A program made the position numbers and the translations under genes. A stretch of 64,000 nt of DNA, from positions 224,001 through 288,000 of the forward strand of contig CAVSQW010000009.1 of the NCBI GenBank assembly GCA_963730185.1, written 5' to 3'. This document shows, in pieces, positions 1 to 8,634 of the stretch (position 1 is the first letter of the stretch; every line of letters starts with the position of its first letter). This stretch comes from an uncultured Gemmatimonadales bacterium (GTDB lineage Bacteria > Gemmatimonadota > Gemmatimonadetes > Gemmatimonadales > GWC2-71-9). Under the pieces are notes generated by a model that saw nothing but the letters and a program-made list of their open reading frames with translations, ran no database searches and was not told the DNA's origin.

Positions 1-537
1 CTCCGTTTCGGGATGGCCGACCGGTTCACGACGGACCTCGCCGAGGCGCTCGAGGGCGCCGACCTGGCCATCCTTTGTGCGGCCCATGCGGTCTACGCCG
101 ACCTCGCCGTACCCATGAAGCGAGCCGGCGTCGGTCGGCTGGTCGACGGTTGCCACCTGGTCGGGCACCACGATCGGGCCCGGTGGCCGGGACGCGTGAT
201 CGGGATCGGTCACGGTGCCACGCCGCCGACCCCGGAGCTCGTCGACCAGGTCTATAAGGGGTTCCGCGCGATGGAGCGCGGGGTGGCCAACGAGGTGGCC
301 GCCCTGGTGGACTTCCTGAACGAGGCCTACGCCGATACCGAGTTCGAGCGGGTCGCGATGGACACGGTTCAGCGGCTGGCGCGCACCTGCGTCACGGGCT
401 GTGTGATCGTCGATCCGGGTCCGGTAGAGTGGTGTCCGGTGGCCGGCGGGGTACCGTCCCGCCTGGTGCAGCGGGCGATGTGGGGCTCGCCGGCGCTGAC
501 CGCGGCGCGGCCGGGCTCGGGCAGAGGTCCGGCTTGA
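1..537 (+). CDS. C-terminal part of a UDP-glucose/GDP-mannose dehydrogenase-family protein (5' end outside window)
   Basis: DLAEALEGADLAILCAAHAVY...LVDG resembles the C-terminal UDP-binding domain; glycan-locus context. Confidence 0.65.
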   Translation, partial: LRFGMADRFTTDLAEALEGADLAILCAAHAVYADLAVPMKRAGVGRLVDGCHLVGHHDRARWPGRVIGIGHGATPPTPELVDQVYKGFRAMERGVANEVAALVDFLNEAYADTEFERVAMDTVQRLARTCVTGCVIVDPGPVEWCPVAGGVPSRLVQRAMWGSPALTAARPGSGRGPA

Positions 538-2251
538 CGAAGAGCTGGAACCGGAGCCGCGGCCGGCCCGCCCGATTGGGCCAGACGTTCAGGTCGCGAC
601 AGAGAATCAACCCTTGCTCGGTGGCCCGCCGGAGCCCCGGGTTTCCCGGCACCCAGGTGCTCAGCAACGAGGCGGAGGGAAAGCGTTCCCACGCGTCGAG
701 GTTCTCTCCGGCCCGCCAGAGCGAGATGGGCAGCAGCCGGGTCCCCAGCGCAAACGTCGCCGCGGCGTCGCCGATCATCACCTGGGCCTCCGGCGGCCAA
801 TCGCTCGCCAACGTCGCGATCTCGCGGCCCGCGTTCCGCACCGAGAAGGTCGGGTGGGCCGCGTACTCGGCGAAACGACCAGGATCGTTGATCAGGAAGG
901 CCACCACCGGGATCCAGGCCGGCAAGATCAGCGCGCGCCGGGGAGGGCGGCGCCAGCTCAGCACCAGGACCGCGGCCACGACCAGGGCGACGGACCCGAA
1001 GGCGGCCAGCGGCACGATCGGCGCGAGGGCGCCGAGTCCCAGCCGGGTGAGCACCCGTCCCAGCCGGGGCACCACGTGCGGTTGCGCGTAGAACGCCGCG
1101 GTGAGCCCCAGGACCAGGCCGCCCAGGGCGAGACCGCCCCGTCGCGACGGCCGGTCGCCAGCGTTAGGCCAACGGAGCCCACCGGTGAGCACCGCATCGG
1201 TGGCCAGCAGTACCAACGGCGGGAGCAGAAAGAAGAAGCGCCTGCTGGGGATGAAATGAAGACCCGCGCTCACCAGCAGGCCGATGCCGACCCACAGCCA
1301 GCAGAACGTCTCGATCGGGTCGCGGTGGTCGCCGGCCGCTCCGGTCAGGCGGGCGCTCAGGAAGAACATCGCCACGACCAGCGGCACGATCGCCCGCCGG
1401 AAGAACCAGTTGACCGGGAGGCCGAACCCGCCCAGGCCGATGTAGGAGGCCCCGAGCAAGTCGGCCTTCATCTGAAAGCCGTTGGCCACGGTCGCCGTGA
1501 GCTGGCTTCGGAGCGCCTCCCAGTGCGGCACCGTCACCAGGACCAGGTAGACAAGCAGCATGACGGCGGCCCCAGCTCCGAACCGGGCCAGGAGCCCAAG
1601 CGCCCGTCGCGCAGGTGCCGGATCGGGGCCCCGCCGAGCTTCGAGCCACCAGAAGGCGGCGACCACCACCCCGATCACCAGGGCCGACGGCTTGGAGAGC
1701 ATCGCGGCGCCGAAGGCGAGACCGGCCCCGATCGCCCATCGGGGACGGGCCAGGGCCTCCAGGGCCGTGGCCACGGTCCCGACGATGAAGAGCAGCTGGA
1801 ACGATTCGGTCAGGCCGACCCGGTTCATGACCAGCATCGGGTAGCTCAACCCCAGGGCCAGCGCTGGAGCGAGCGCTCGCCCGGTCGACCGCCGGCGCCT
1901 GAGCGTCAGGTAGAGGACCAGGCAGGTCAGGAAGCCGGCCACCCCGGAGAGCAGGCGGGTCTCCGTCAGCCCCACGCCGATCACCCGATAGATCAGCGCC
2001 AGGGTGGCGGAGTAGAGCGGGGTGAGGAAGAGGGCCGGGTTATGCTGGTCGCGAATCCAGTGGCCGAAGAGGACCAGGTTGCGGGCGTTGTGGGCCCACC
2101 ATCCTTCGTCGAAGACCCAGTTCGGCTCGAGGTCGCCCGGGGGATCGGCCGCGAGCGCCAGCACCCGGGGGAGCAGTACCAGGACGACCAGGAGCACGAT
2201 CGCCCACCCGCTCCTCCGTCCCGACGCTGGAGGCCGGCCGGGGTCCGTCAT
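392..2251 (-). CDS. GT-C fold membrane glycosyltransferase (ArnT/PMT_2, GT39-like)
   Basis: N-terminal TM followed by FDEGWWAHNARN, HNPALFLTPLYS, LTE and SKP motifs, many TM helices; start overlaps the sulfotransferase stop. Confidence 0.75.
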   Translation of the reverse strand: MTDPGRPPASGRRSGWAIVLLVVLVLLPRVLALAADPPGDLEPNWVFDEGWWAHNARNLVLFGHWIRDQHNPALFLTPLYSATLALIYRVIGVGLTETRLLSGVAGFLTCLVLYLTLRRRRSTGRALAPALALGLSYPMLVMNRVGLTESFQLLFIVGTVATALEALARPRWAIGAGLAFGAAMLSKPSALVIGVVVAAFWWLEARRGPDPAPARRALGLLARFGAGAAVMLLVYLVLVTVPHWEALRSQLTATVANGFQMKADLLGASYIGLGGFGLPVNWFFRRAIVPLVVAMFFLSARLTGAAGDHRDPIETFCWLWVGIGLLVSAGLHFIPSRRFFFLLPPLVLLATDAVLTGGLRWPNAGDRPSRRGGLALGGLVLGLTAAFYAQPHVVPRLGRVLTRLGLGALAPIVPLAAFGSVALVVAAVLVLSWRRPPRRALILPAWIPVVAFLINDPGRFAEYAAHPTFSVRNAGREIATLASDWPPEAQVMIGDAAATFALGTRLLPISLWRAGENLDAWERFPSASLLSTWVPGNPGLRRATEQGLILCRDLNVWPNRAGRPRLRFQLFVKPDLCPSPAAPRSAPASPTSPAAPGGTVPRRPPDTTLPDPDRRSHSP

Positions 2252-3285
2252 CGGGCGGCGCGCTCCCGATGGGGGCCAAGCCGCCGTTCCAGGCGCTCGA
2301 AAGCCTCATGGTCGATCCGGCGGCGATTGGCGACCTCGAACGCCCGGAGGCTCGGATCACCCCACTCCGGCCGGAACGGCTCGCCGAGCCCGTCGACGGA
2401 TGCCCGTCTGACGGTCGCCAGCGGATCGGCGCAGAAGGCTTCGTACGAGACGATCCAGAAACGTTCCGGCCCGATTGCGGCCAACTGCCGTTCGGCCAGC
2501 CGCTCGTGAAACTCGACTTGGCGGCAGACGCTCTCGATCGGATCGGGGTCGTCGGTGTCGGCGAGGCCGTACGGGGTCTCGTCGCCTCCGTGAATGTCGC
2601 GACGGGCTCGGAGCAGCGACTGGGCCAGGTAGACCGGATCGCGCCGCAAGCAGATGAACCGGGCGGTCGGCAGGGCCTCGGCGACCAGACGCGCGGTGGC
2701 GTTCAAGCTGTTGTTCTTGGCGACCAGCGGGGCCCGGTAGATCTGCTCGAAGGCGCCGAAGAAGCGGCGCATGGCGTCGGCCGCCGGCGCACCGAGGGCC
2801 TCCGGAATCGTGGTCCGATCGGCGCCGAGCCAACGGTCCCAGAGATGCAGGGCGTCGTTGGGACCCGAGAGGCGACTGCTCTTGCCGTAGTAGCTGTGGT
2901 ACTCGACCGCCCGACTCTGGGGAATCCGGCCGAACAGCCGGTTGGCCGTCAGGGGCGACCTGGGAAAGATGGCGGTGAGATTGTTGATGAAGGCCACCGG
3001 CAGGTTTCGGATGAGCACCTGGGTCATCAACGTGGTCCCGGACCGGGGCGGTCCGCACACCAGGATCATCGGGCGGGTCGGGGGCGAGGCGCGATGGTAG
3101 AGTCCCCGCTCCCACCGTCGCAGGATCAGGTCGGCCGGCGTGGCCACGACGCCCAGCGCCGCCGACATCATGGCGAAGCGGGCGGCGTCGTCCCCACTCC
3201 GAATCAGCCGGGCCGCCAGGCCGAAGGGGTCGTGGAAGTGCGCCGGTACGAACCGGTGAAGGGAGCGTCGGAGCGAAGGAGCCAT
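2248..3285 (-). CDS. Sulfotransferase family protein
   Basis: PAPS-binding loop CGPPRSGTT, FICLRRDP...S motif, VSYEAFCADP; start set at ATG 3285. Confidence 0.85.
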   Translation of the reverse strand: MAPSLRRSLHRFVPAHFHDPFGLAARLIRSGDDAARFAMMSAALGVVATPADLILRRWERGLYHRASPPTRPMILVCGPPRSGTTLMTQVLIRNLPVAFINNLTAIFPRSPLTANRLFGRIPQSRAVEYHSYYGKSSRLSGPNDALHLWDRWLGADRTTIPEALGAPAADAMRRFFGAFEQIYRAPLVAKNNSLNATARLVAEALPTARFICLRRDPVYLAQSLLRARRDIHGGDETPYGLADTDDPDPIESVCRQVEFHERLAERQLAAIGPERFWIVSYEAFCADPLATVRRASVDGLGEPFRPEWGDPSLRAFEVANRRRIDHEAFERLERRLGPHRERAAR

Positions 3286-3374
3286 GGGCGATCGATGAAC
3301 GGGCAAGTTACGGGCCAGTTGACCCGGCCGCCATGCGGGATTGGCCGTCGGCGACCTCGTGCGAGGGCCGCGCC

Positions 3375-4364
3375 GTGAGCCGCCGATTGCGCTTCGGCCT
3401 CCGCCTCGTGGCCGGTCTTACCCTTCTGGGGCTGATCGTCACCCGGATCGATCGAACCGGCCTCACCCTCCGTCCGACCCCGGCGGTGCTGCTGGGCGTC
3501 ATGACCTCGGCCGGCCTGCTGCTGCTCAGCCAGGCGCTGGCCGCGTGGCGATGGAAGCTGATTCTCCGGGCCCCGGACCTTCCCTGGGCCTATCTGGTCC
3601 GGCTCTACGTGATCGCGGCGTTCTTCAACCTGCTACTTCCCTCGGCGGCCGGCGGGGATGCCGTTCGGGCCGCCGCCGCCGCTCGGGGCGCGCGCCAGCC
3701 TGGCGCTGTGGTGGTGAGCGTCGTCGTGGATCGCCTTTTCGGGGTCCTGGCTCTGCTGATCTACGCCGTGGTCGGACTCCTCGTGGCCGGCGGGGTGCCG
3801 CCGATGTTGAGCAGGGCCGTGGAGTGGCGGGTTAACCCGCTGGGGCTGGCCGCCGGTGCCCTCGGCTTGGCGGTGGTCGGTGGGCTCGCCGTGCGGGTGG
3901 CGCGGCGGAGCCGCCGGTTGGCCGTGATCGTCGACGACGGCTTCGCGTTGGGACGAAGCCTGCTTCGCGCTCCGGGGACGGTGCTCGCCGCCGTGGGTCT
4001 GGCGATGGTGGTGCAGGGGCTCATGATCCTGATCTGGGCCACCCTGGCCCGGAGCCTCGGTCTCGCGATTCCACCGACCGCCCTGCTGGTGGCGGTGCCC
4101 CTGGTCACCCTCGGCTCGATGCTGCCGATCACGCTTTCCGGCCTCGGGGTCCGGGAGGGCATTTGGCTCCTGCTGCTCGGGGCGTCCGGTCTGCCATCGG
4201 GCACCATCGTCGGCTTCAGTCTGCTCTATTTCGCCGCCGCGGTCGTCGTCGGCCTCGTCGGGCTGACGCTCTTCGTGTCGCTGGGGCTAAAGCCGCGTGG
4301 GGGTCTGGCGATCGCCGGAACGCAGATCGAGGCCATCGCGGGACCACGGGTCAGTCCACCATAG
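3375..4364 (+). CDS. Lysylphosphatidylglycerol-synthase TM / UPF0104 flippase-like membrane protein
   Basis: AWRW, FFNLLLPSAAGGD, DR and LPITLSGLGVREG motifs; GTG start 3375. Confidence 0.85.
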   Translation: MSRRLRFGLRLVAGLTLLGLIVTRIDRTGLTLRPTPAVLLGVMTSAGLLLLSQALAAWRWKLILRAPDLPWAYLVRLYVIAAFFNLLLPSAAGGDAVRAAAAARGARQPGAVVVSVVVDRLFGVLALLIYAVVGLLVAGGVPPMLSRAVEWRVNPLGLAAGALGLAVVGGLAVRVARRSRRLAVIVDDGFALGRSLLRAPGTVLAAVGLAMVVQGLMILIWATLARSLGLAIPPTALLVAVPLVTLGSMLPITLSGLGVREGIWLLLLGASGLPSGTIVGFSLLYFAAAVVVGLVGLTLFVSLGLKPRGGLAIAGTQIEAIAGPRVSPP

Positions 4365-5433
4365 TGGCGACGGCCGCCGCGATGGCGAGGGCCGCGTCTC
4401 CCGATCCGTAGGCCTCGCGGTTCCACCCAGCCTCCCCCGGCGGTCCGGTGCGGCCCCGGCGTCGGACCTGTTCGGGCAGCGCCGTTGCGGCCGTGCGCGG
4501 GTCCACCAGCACGTTGGCGCCCAGGGCGACCGTCTCGCTCCACTCGGTTTCGGTCCGGACGGTCGTGCACGGCGTCCCGAGCCAGTAGGCCTCCCGCTGG
4601 ACCCCTCCCGAGTCGGTGATCACGAGGTCGGCATCGCGAATGTGCGCCAGCGTCTCGAGATAGCCGAACGGCGCCAGCGGCCGCAGGTTCGAGCCGAGGC
4701 GCCGGGTCAGGCCGTTCGCGTCGATGGTGTGGCGGGTCCGGGGGTGTAGAGGCAGCAGGACCGGGCGGTCGATGGCGCTGAGACCGTCCAGCACCGCCGC
4801 CAACGCATCGCGATCGTCGGTCAGCTCGGCCCGGTGCATGGTGGCCAGCACGAAGCGGTCGTCATTGTCCGGAGCGGGGGCTCGACTCAGGTTCCGTTCC
4901 AGGACGTCCCGGGCCACGTCTCCGGTGAAGACGATCCGGCCCCCGACGGATTCCGCGCCCAGTCGGGCCTCCGCCGCACGCGACGGGGCGCAAAGCAGGT
5001 CGGCCACGGCATCGACCACCCGGCGGTTGATCTCCTCGGGCATGAGCCGGTCTCGGGCCCGCAGGCCGGCTTCCACGTGCACGACCGGGATCCGCAGCTT
5101 GACCGCGGCCAGGGCCCCACCCAGCGTGCTGTTGGTGTCGCCGATCACGATCACGGCCGACGGCTTTCGACGCTCGAACTCGGCGGCGGCTCCCTCGAGG
5201 ATGGCCGCGGTCTGGCGGGCGTGGTCGCTCGACCCGACGCCGAGCAGCACGTCGGGCGGTCGGACGCCGAGCTGTTCGTAGAGGAGGGCATTGAGCTCGT
5301 AGTCGTAGTGCTGCCCGGTGTCGATGGTCACCAGGTCGTACCGGTCTTCCAGGGCCGCGATCACGAGCGACGCCTTGATGACCTGCGGACGGGTCCCGTA
5401 ACACAGCGCCAACGGTGCACTACGCTCCGCCAT
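4351..5433 (-). CDS. wecB: UDP-N-acetylglucosamine 2-epimerase (non-hydrolysing)
   Basis: GTRPQVIK, TGQHYD, GDTNST, HVEAGLR, PEEINR, TDSGGVQREA; GAGG RBS before ATG 5433. Confidence 0.92.
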   Translation of the reverse strand: MAERSAPLALCYGTRPQVIKASLVIAALEDRYDLVTIDTGQHYDYELNALLYEQLGVRPPDVLLGVGSSDHARQTAAILEGAAAEFERRKPSAVIVIGDTNSTLGGALAAVKLRIPVVHVEAGLRARDRLMPEEINRRVVDAVADLLCAPSRAAEARLGAESVGGRIVFTGDVARDVLERNLSRAPAPDNDDRFVLATMHRAELTDDRDALAAVLDGLSAIDRPVLLPLHPRTRHTIDANGLTRRLGSNLRPLAPFGYLETLAHIRDADLVITDSGGVQREAYWLGTPCTTVRTETEWSETVALGANVLVDPRTAATALPEQVRRRGRTGPPGEAGWNREAYGSGDAALAIAAAVATMVD

Positions 5434-5774
5434 CGACACCTCGGGATCGGGGAAGGTCCCGGCAATATGGGGGACAGCCGCCCGCCGGGCCACGGAGCCG
5501 CCCGGTCGGTTTGCCCGCGCCAACGGAGATCGACGGGCGCCGCTCGAAGCCGATGGCTGGCCCCGGGAAGCTCCCTCCGATCCGGGGTGCAGGGCACGCC
5601 ACCGTAGGACCGCCGGGTCATGGCCATGGCGTACGTCCAGCTGGCGTCCCGGGGACTGCTTGACCCTGGTAGCAGGCCCGGAGGCAAGTCGAGTTCCTGA
5701 TCATCTGAGCTCGGAGGGCGGCCCGGCCCGGCTTGCCCACTGCGCCGCCGGGGCGATACCGTTGGGTTACCCCC

Positions 5775-7457
5775 ATGCCGACCCCACCCGCCGACGATCC
5801 GATCGACCGGTTCCTGACCGGGTTCTACCGCTGGAATCCGGTCACCGCCACCTTCGTCGGTCGGCACGATCATGACCATCGCCTGCCGGACGCGTCCGAC
5901 GGCGCGCTCGGCGACCGCTTGGCCTGGGCCGAACACCAGCTGGCCGACCTTGCCGGCCCCCACGCGGGGCCGGTCGATCGGTGGGACCAGCTCGACCGAA
6001 CCGTGGCCACCGGCCAGCTTCGGATCGAGCGTTGGGAGCTGGGCTCGGTCCACGGGCCTCGCGGCAATCCGACTTGGTACACCGGCGAGGCGATCTTCGG
6101 GCTGCTGTCGTTGTTCCTGACCCCGTTCGCGCCGCTGGCCGAACGAGTGGCGGCCGCGGTCGAGCGGCTCGAGTCGGTCGGCCGATTCTTGACCGAGGGC
6201 CGCACCCTCGTGCGACAGGCACCCTGGGATTGGACCGCCCGGGCCATCCGGGAGTGTGGGGCGGCGCTCGCGCTGCTGGGTGACGGCATCGACTGCTTGA
6301 TCCGTGACGAGGGCATCGTGAGTCCCGCTCTTCGCCGGTCGGCCGACCGAGCCAGGATCGAGTTCGGCCGACACCGCCAAGCCCTGGAAGCCGACCTGGG
6401 CTCGCGCCGCACGACCGACTGGGCCTCCGGGGAAGACGCTTTGGCGCTCTTGCTCGCCTCGGGGCACTTTCTCGAGCCGTCGGCCGACGCCATCGTCGCT
6501 TACGCGGAGGGCGAGCTGGCTTCGGCGACCAGCCAGCTGGCCGCGGGTGCCGCCGGACTCGGCGCCGCCACGCCCGGCGTGGCCCTGGAGCGGCTGACCG
6601 GCCTCCATCCATCGGTGGACCGCTACCTCGACCGGTATCGGGAGCTCTGGGACGAGGTCCGCGTCCTGGCGGAGAGGCACGATCTGGTCACCTGGCCGAG
6701 CCTCTCGATCCGATTCGTGCCTCGCCCCCCCTGGGTACGGGCCGCCGCCCGGGATCTCTACTTCCTGTTCTATCGGTCGCCCGCGGCGTACGGAGCGCCG
6801 CCGGAACACGAGTATTTGGTGACGCCGATCGAGCCGGCCTTCGCGGCCGAACAACGGACGGCGCTGCTCCGGGCCAACAACGACAGCATGATCAAGCTCA
6901 ACCATGTGATCCACCACGGCTCGATCGGCCATCACCTCCAGAATTGGAATGCCGCGCGGTCGCCGTCGCGGATCGGCCGGGTCGCGGCGATCGACGGGGC
7001 CTCACGAATCGCGATGCTCGCGGGCGGCACGATGGCCGAAGGGTGGGCCTGCTACGCCACCGACCTGATGGACGAGGTGGGATTCCTGAGCCCCCTCGAG
7101 CGCTTGGCCGAGCGGCAGACGCGGCGCCGGATGTGCGCTCGGGCGGTGGTCGACGTCCGCCTCCACCAGGGCCGGTTTACGCTCGAAGATGCAGCCCGCT
7201 TCTACCAGCGAAACGCGGGAATGCCTCCGGAGGCGGCCCGGAGCGAGGCGATCAAGAACAGCCTCTTTCCCGGAACCGGGCTGATGTACCTGATGGGTAC
7301 CGACGCGATCCACCGCCTCCGGCGCGACCTGTCCGGCCGGCAGGGTCCTGCGCTCGGCCCCAAGGCCTTTCACGACCGGCTCCTGCGCTACGGCTCACTT
7401 CCGGTGGCGCTCGTCGCCGGGGAACTCTTGGGCGACACCGGTGAACCCGAGTCCTGA
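5775..7457 (+). CDS. DUF885-family protein with variant metal motif
   Basis: NPVTATFVGRHDHD N-terminus, HHGSIGHHLQ, EGWACY, VVDVRLH, FHDRLLRYGSLP. Confidence 0.8.
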   Translation: MPTPPADDPIDRFLTGFYRWNPVTATFVGRHDHDHRLPDASDGALGDRLAWAEHQLADLAGPHAGPVDRWDQLDRTVATGQLRIERWELGSVHGPRGNPTWYTGEAIFGLLSLFLTPFAPLAERVAAAVERLESVGRFLTEGRTLVRQAPWDWTARAIRECGAALALLGDGIDCLIRDEGIVSPALRRSADRARIEFGRHRQALEADLGSRRTTDWASGEDALALLLASGHFLEPSADAIVAYAEGELASATSQLAAGAAGLGAATPGVALERLTGLHPSVDRYLDRYRELWDEVRVLAERHDLVTWPSLSIRFVPRPPWVRAAARDLYFLFYRSPAAYGAPPEHEYLVTPIEPAFAAEQRTALLRANNDSMIKLNHVIHHGSIGHHLQNWNAARSPSRIGRVAAIDGASRIAMLAGGTMAEGWACYATDLMDEVGFLSPLERLAERQTRRRMCARAVVDVRLHQGRFTLEDAARFYQRNAGMPPEAARSEAIKNSLFPGTGLMYLMGTDAIHRLRRDLSGRQGPALGPKAFHDRLLRYGSLPVALVAGELLGDTGEPES

Positions 7458-8634
7458 CACGATGGCCCTCGGCGGCCGGCTCGCGGTGGCGCTCCTGGGC
7501 GTCGACGCGCTCTCTCGGGCCGAGAGTGGCGACGACGACGGGCTCGTCGTGCTCAACCTGGCTGCCCCGGGTGAGGTCCCCGCCGTGACCTTCGGGTCGT
7601 ACGCCGATGCCGCGGACGAGCTCCGGCAGCTGGCCACGGCGGCGTCGAGGCTCCCCGAGCTCGACCGACGCCGATACTATGAGCAGGTGTGCCGTTCCAC
7701 GCTCGCGTTCCTCGAGTGGCGGGAGCACGGCCTCCCCTTCGCTCTCCAGCTTCAGGAGTTCCTCGGCGTGGCAGCCGAGCCGGCCAGCGAATCGGCGGTC
7801 GATTTGCTCCGGGGCCGGCTTCGGTCCCTGCTCTCCGGGATGGGCTACGCCGGCGCGCTGGACGCCCAGTGCGCCGCGTGGGAGGCCCGGCACCGGGTTC
7901 CGGCCGACCAGGTCCCCGGTGTCTTGAGCGAGCTCCTGAGGGAGGCGTGGGGGCGGACCAACCGGATCCTCCCGATTCCCGCCGCGCCGTCCGATGGCAT
8001 GGGCGTGGCCGCCGTTTCCGGCGTCGCGTTCAACGCTCGCTGTAGCTATCTCGACCGGCGCATCGAGCTCAACACCGACCCCGTTCTCACCCGGCCCGGC
8101 CTCAAGCACCTGGCGGCGCACGAGGGATATCCCGGCCACTACGTTCAGTTCAAGCTTCGGGAGACGGCGTTTCGCGCCGGTCGGGCGCCGGCCGACGTGC
8201 TGCTCTCGGTCGTGAACACCGCCAGCTCGTCGGTCTTCGAAGGCATTGCCGATTACGGACTGTCCTTGGTCGGCTGGGTCGAGGACGACGACGACCGGGT
8301 TCAGGCGCTTCTCACCCGGTATCGGGCCGGGATCGGGACCGGGGCCGCTTGGCGCCTCCATGCCCTGGGGTGGTCGGCCGGTCGGGTCCTGGACTGGCTG
8401 GCGGAGGTCAGTTTGACCGGCGGCGCGGGCTGGGTCGCCAATCGGATGGCGTTCATCGCGGCGCCGGCGAGGGCGGTTCTGATCTGGTCGTACTGGTGGG
8501 GCGAGCCCGTGGTCGCCAGCGGGTGGACCGGCCTGCCTCAGGTCCGGCGGGGCGAGTTCCTTCGGTTTCTGTACGAACGGATGCACTCCAACGAGACGGT
8601 CGGCATGTTGCCGCCGGCCACCGGAGCGGCGTGA
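7441..8634 (+). CDS. Short DUF885-like zinc metalloprotein
   Basis: HLAAHEGYPGHYVQ plus downstream FEGIADYG; start may instead be ATG 7462. Confidence 0.7.
   Translation: MNPSPDTMALGGRLAVALLGVDALSRAESGDDDGLVVLNLAAPGEVPAVTFGSYADAADELRQLATAASRLPELDRRRYYEQVCRSTLAFLEWREHGLPFALQLQEFLGVAAEPASESAVDLLRGRLRSLLSGMGYAGALDAQCAAWEARHRVPADQVPGVLSELLREAWGRTNRILPIPAAPSDGMGVAAVSGVAFNARCSYLDRRIELNTDPVLTRPGLKHLAAHEGYPGHYVQFKLRETAFRAGRAPADVLLSVVNTASSSVFEGIADYGLSLVGWVEDDDDRVQALLTRYRAGIGTGAAWRLHALGWSAGRVLDWLAEVSLTGGAGWVANRMAFIAAPARAVLIWSYWWGEPVVASGWTGLPQVRRGEFLRFLYERMHSNETVGMLPPATGAA

Noticed and set aside
5663..5677. 15-mer ACCCTGGTAGCAGGC also found at 23174-23188, both intergenic
   Set aside because: Only two copies, not palindromic; a match of this length is plausible by chance in 64 kb of high-GC DNA.
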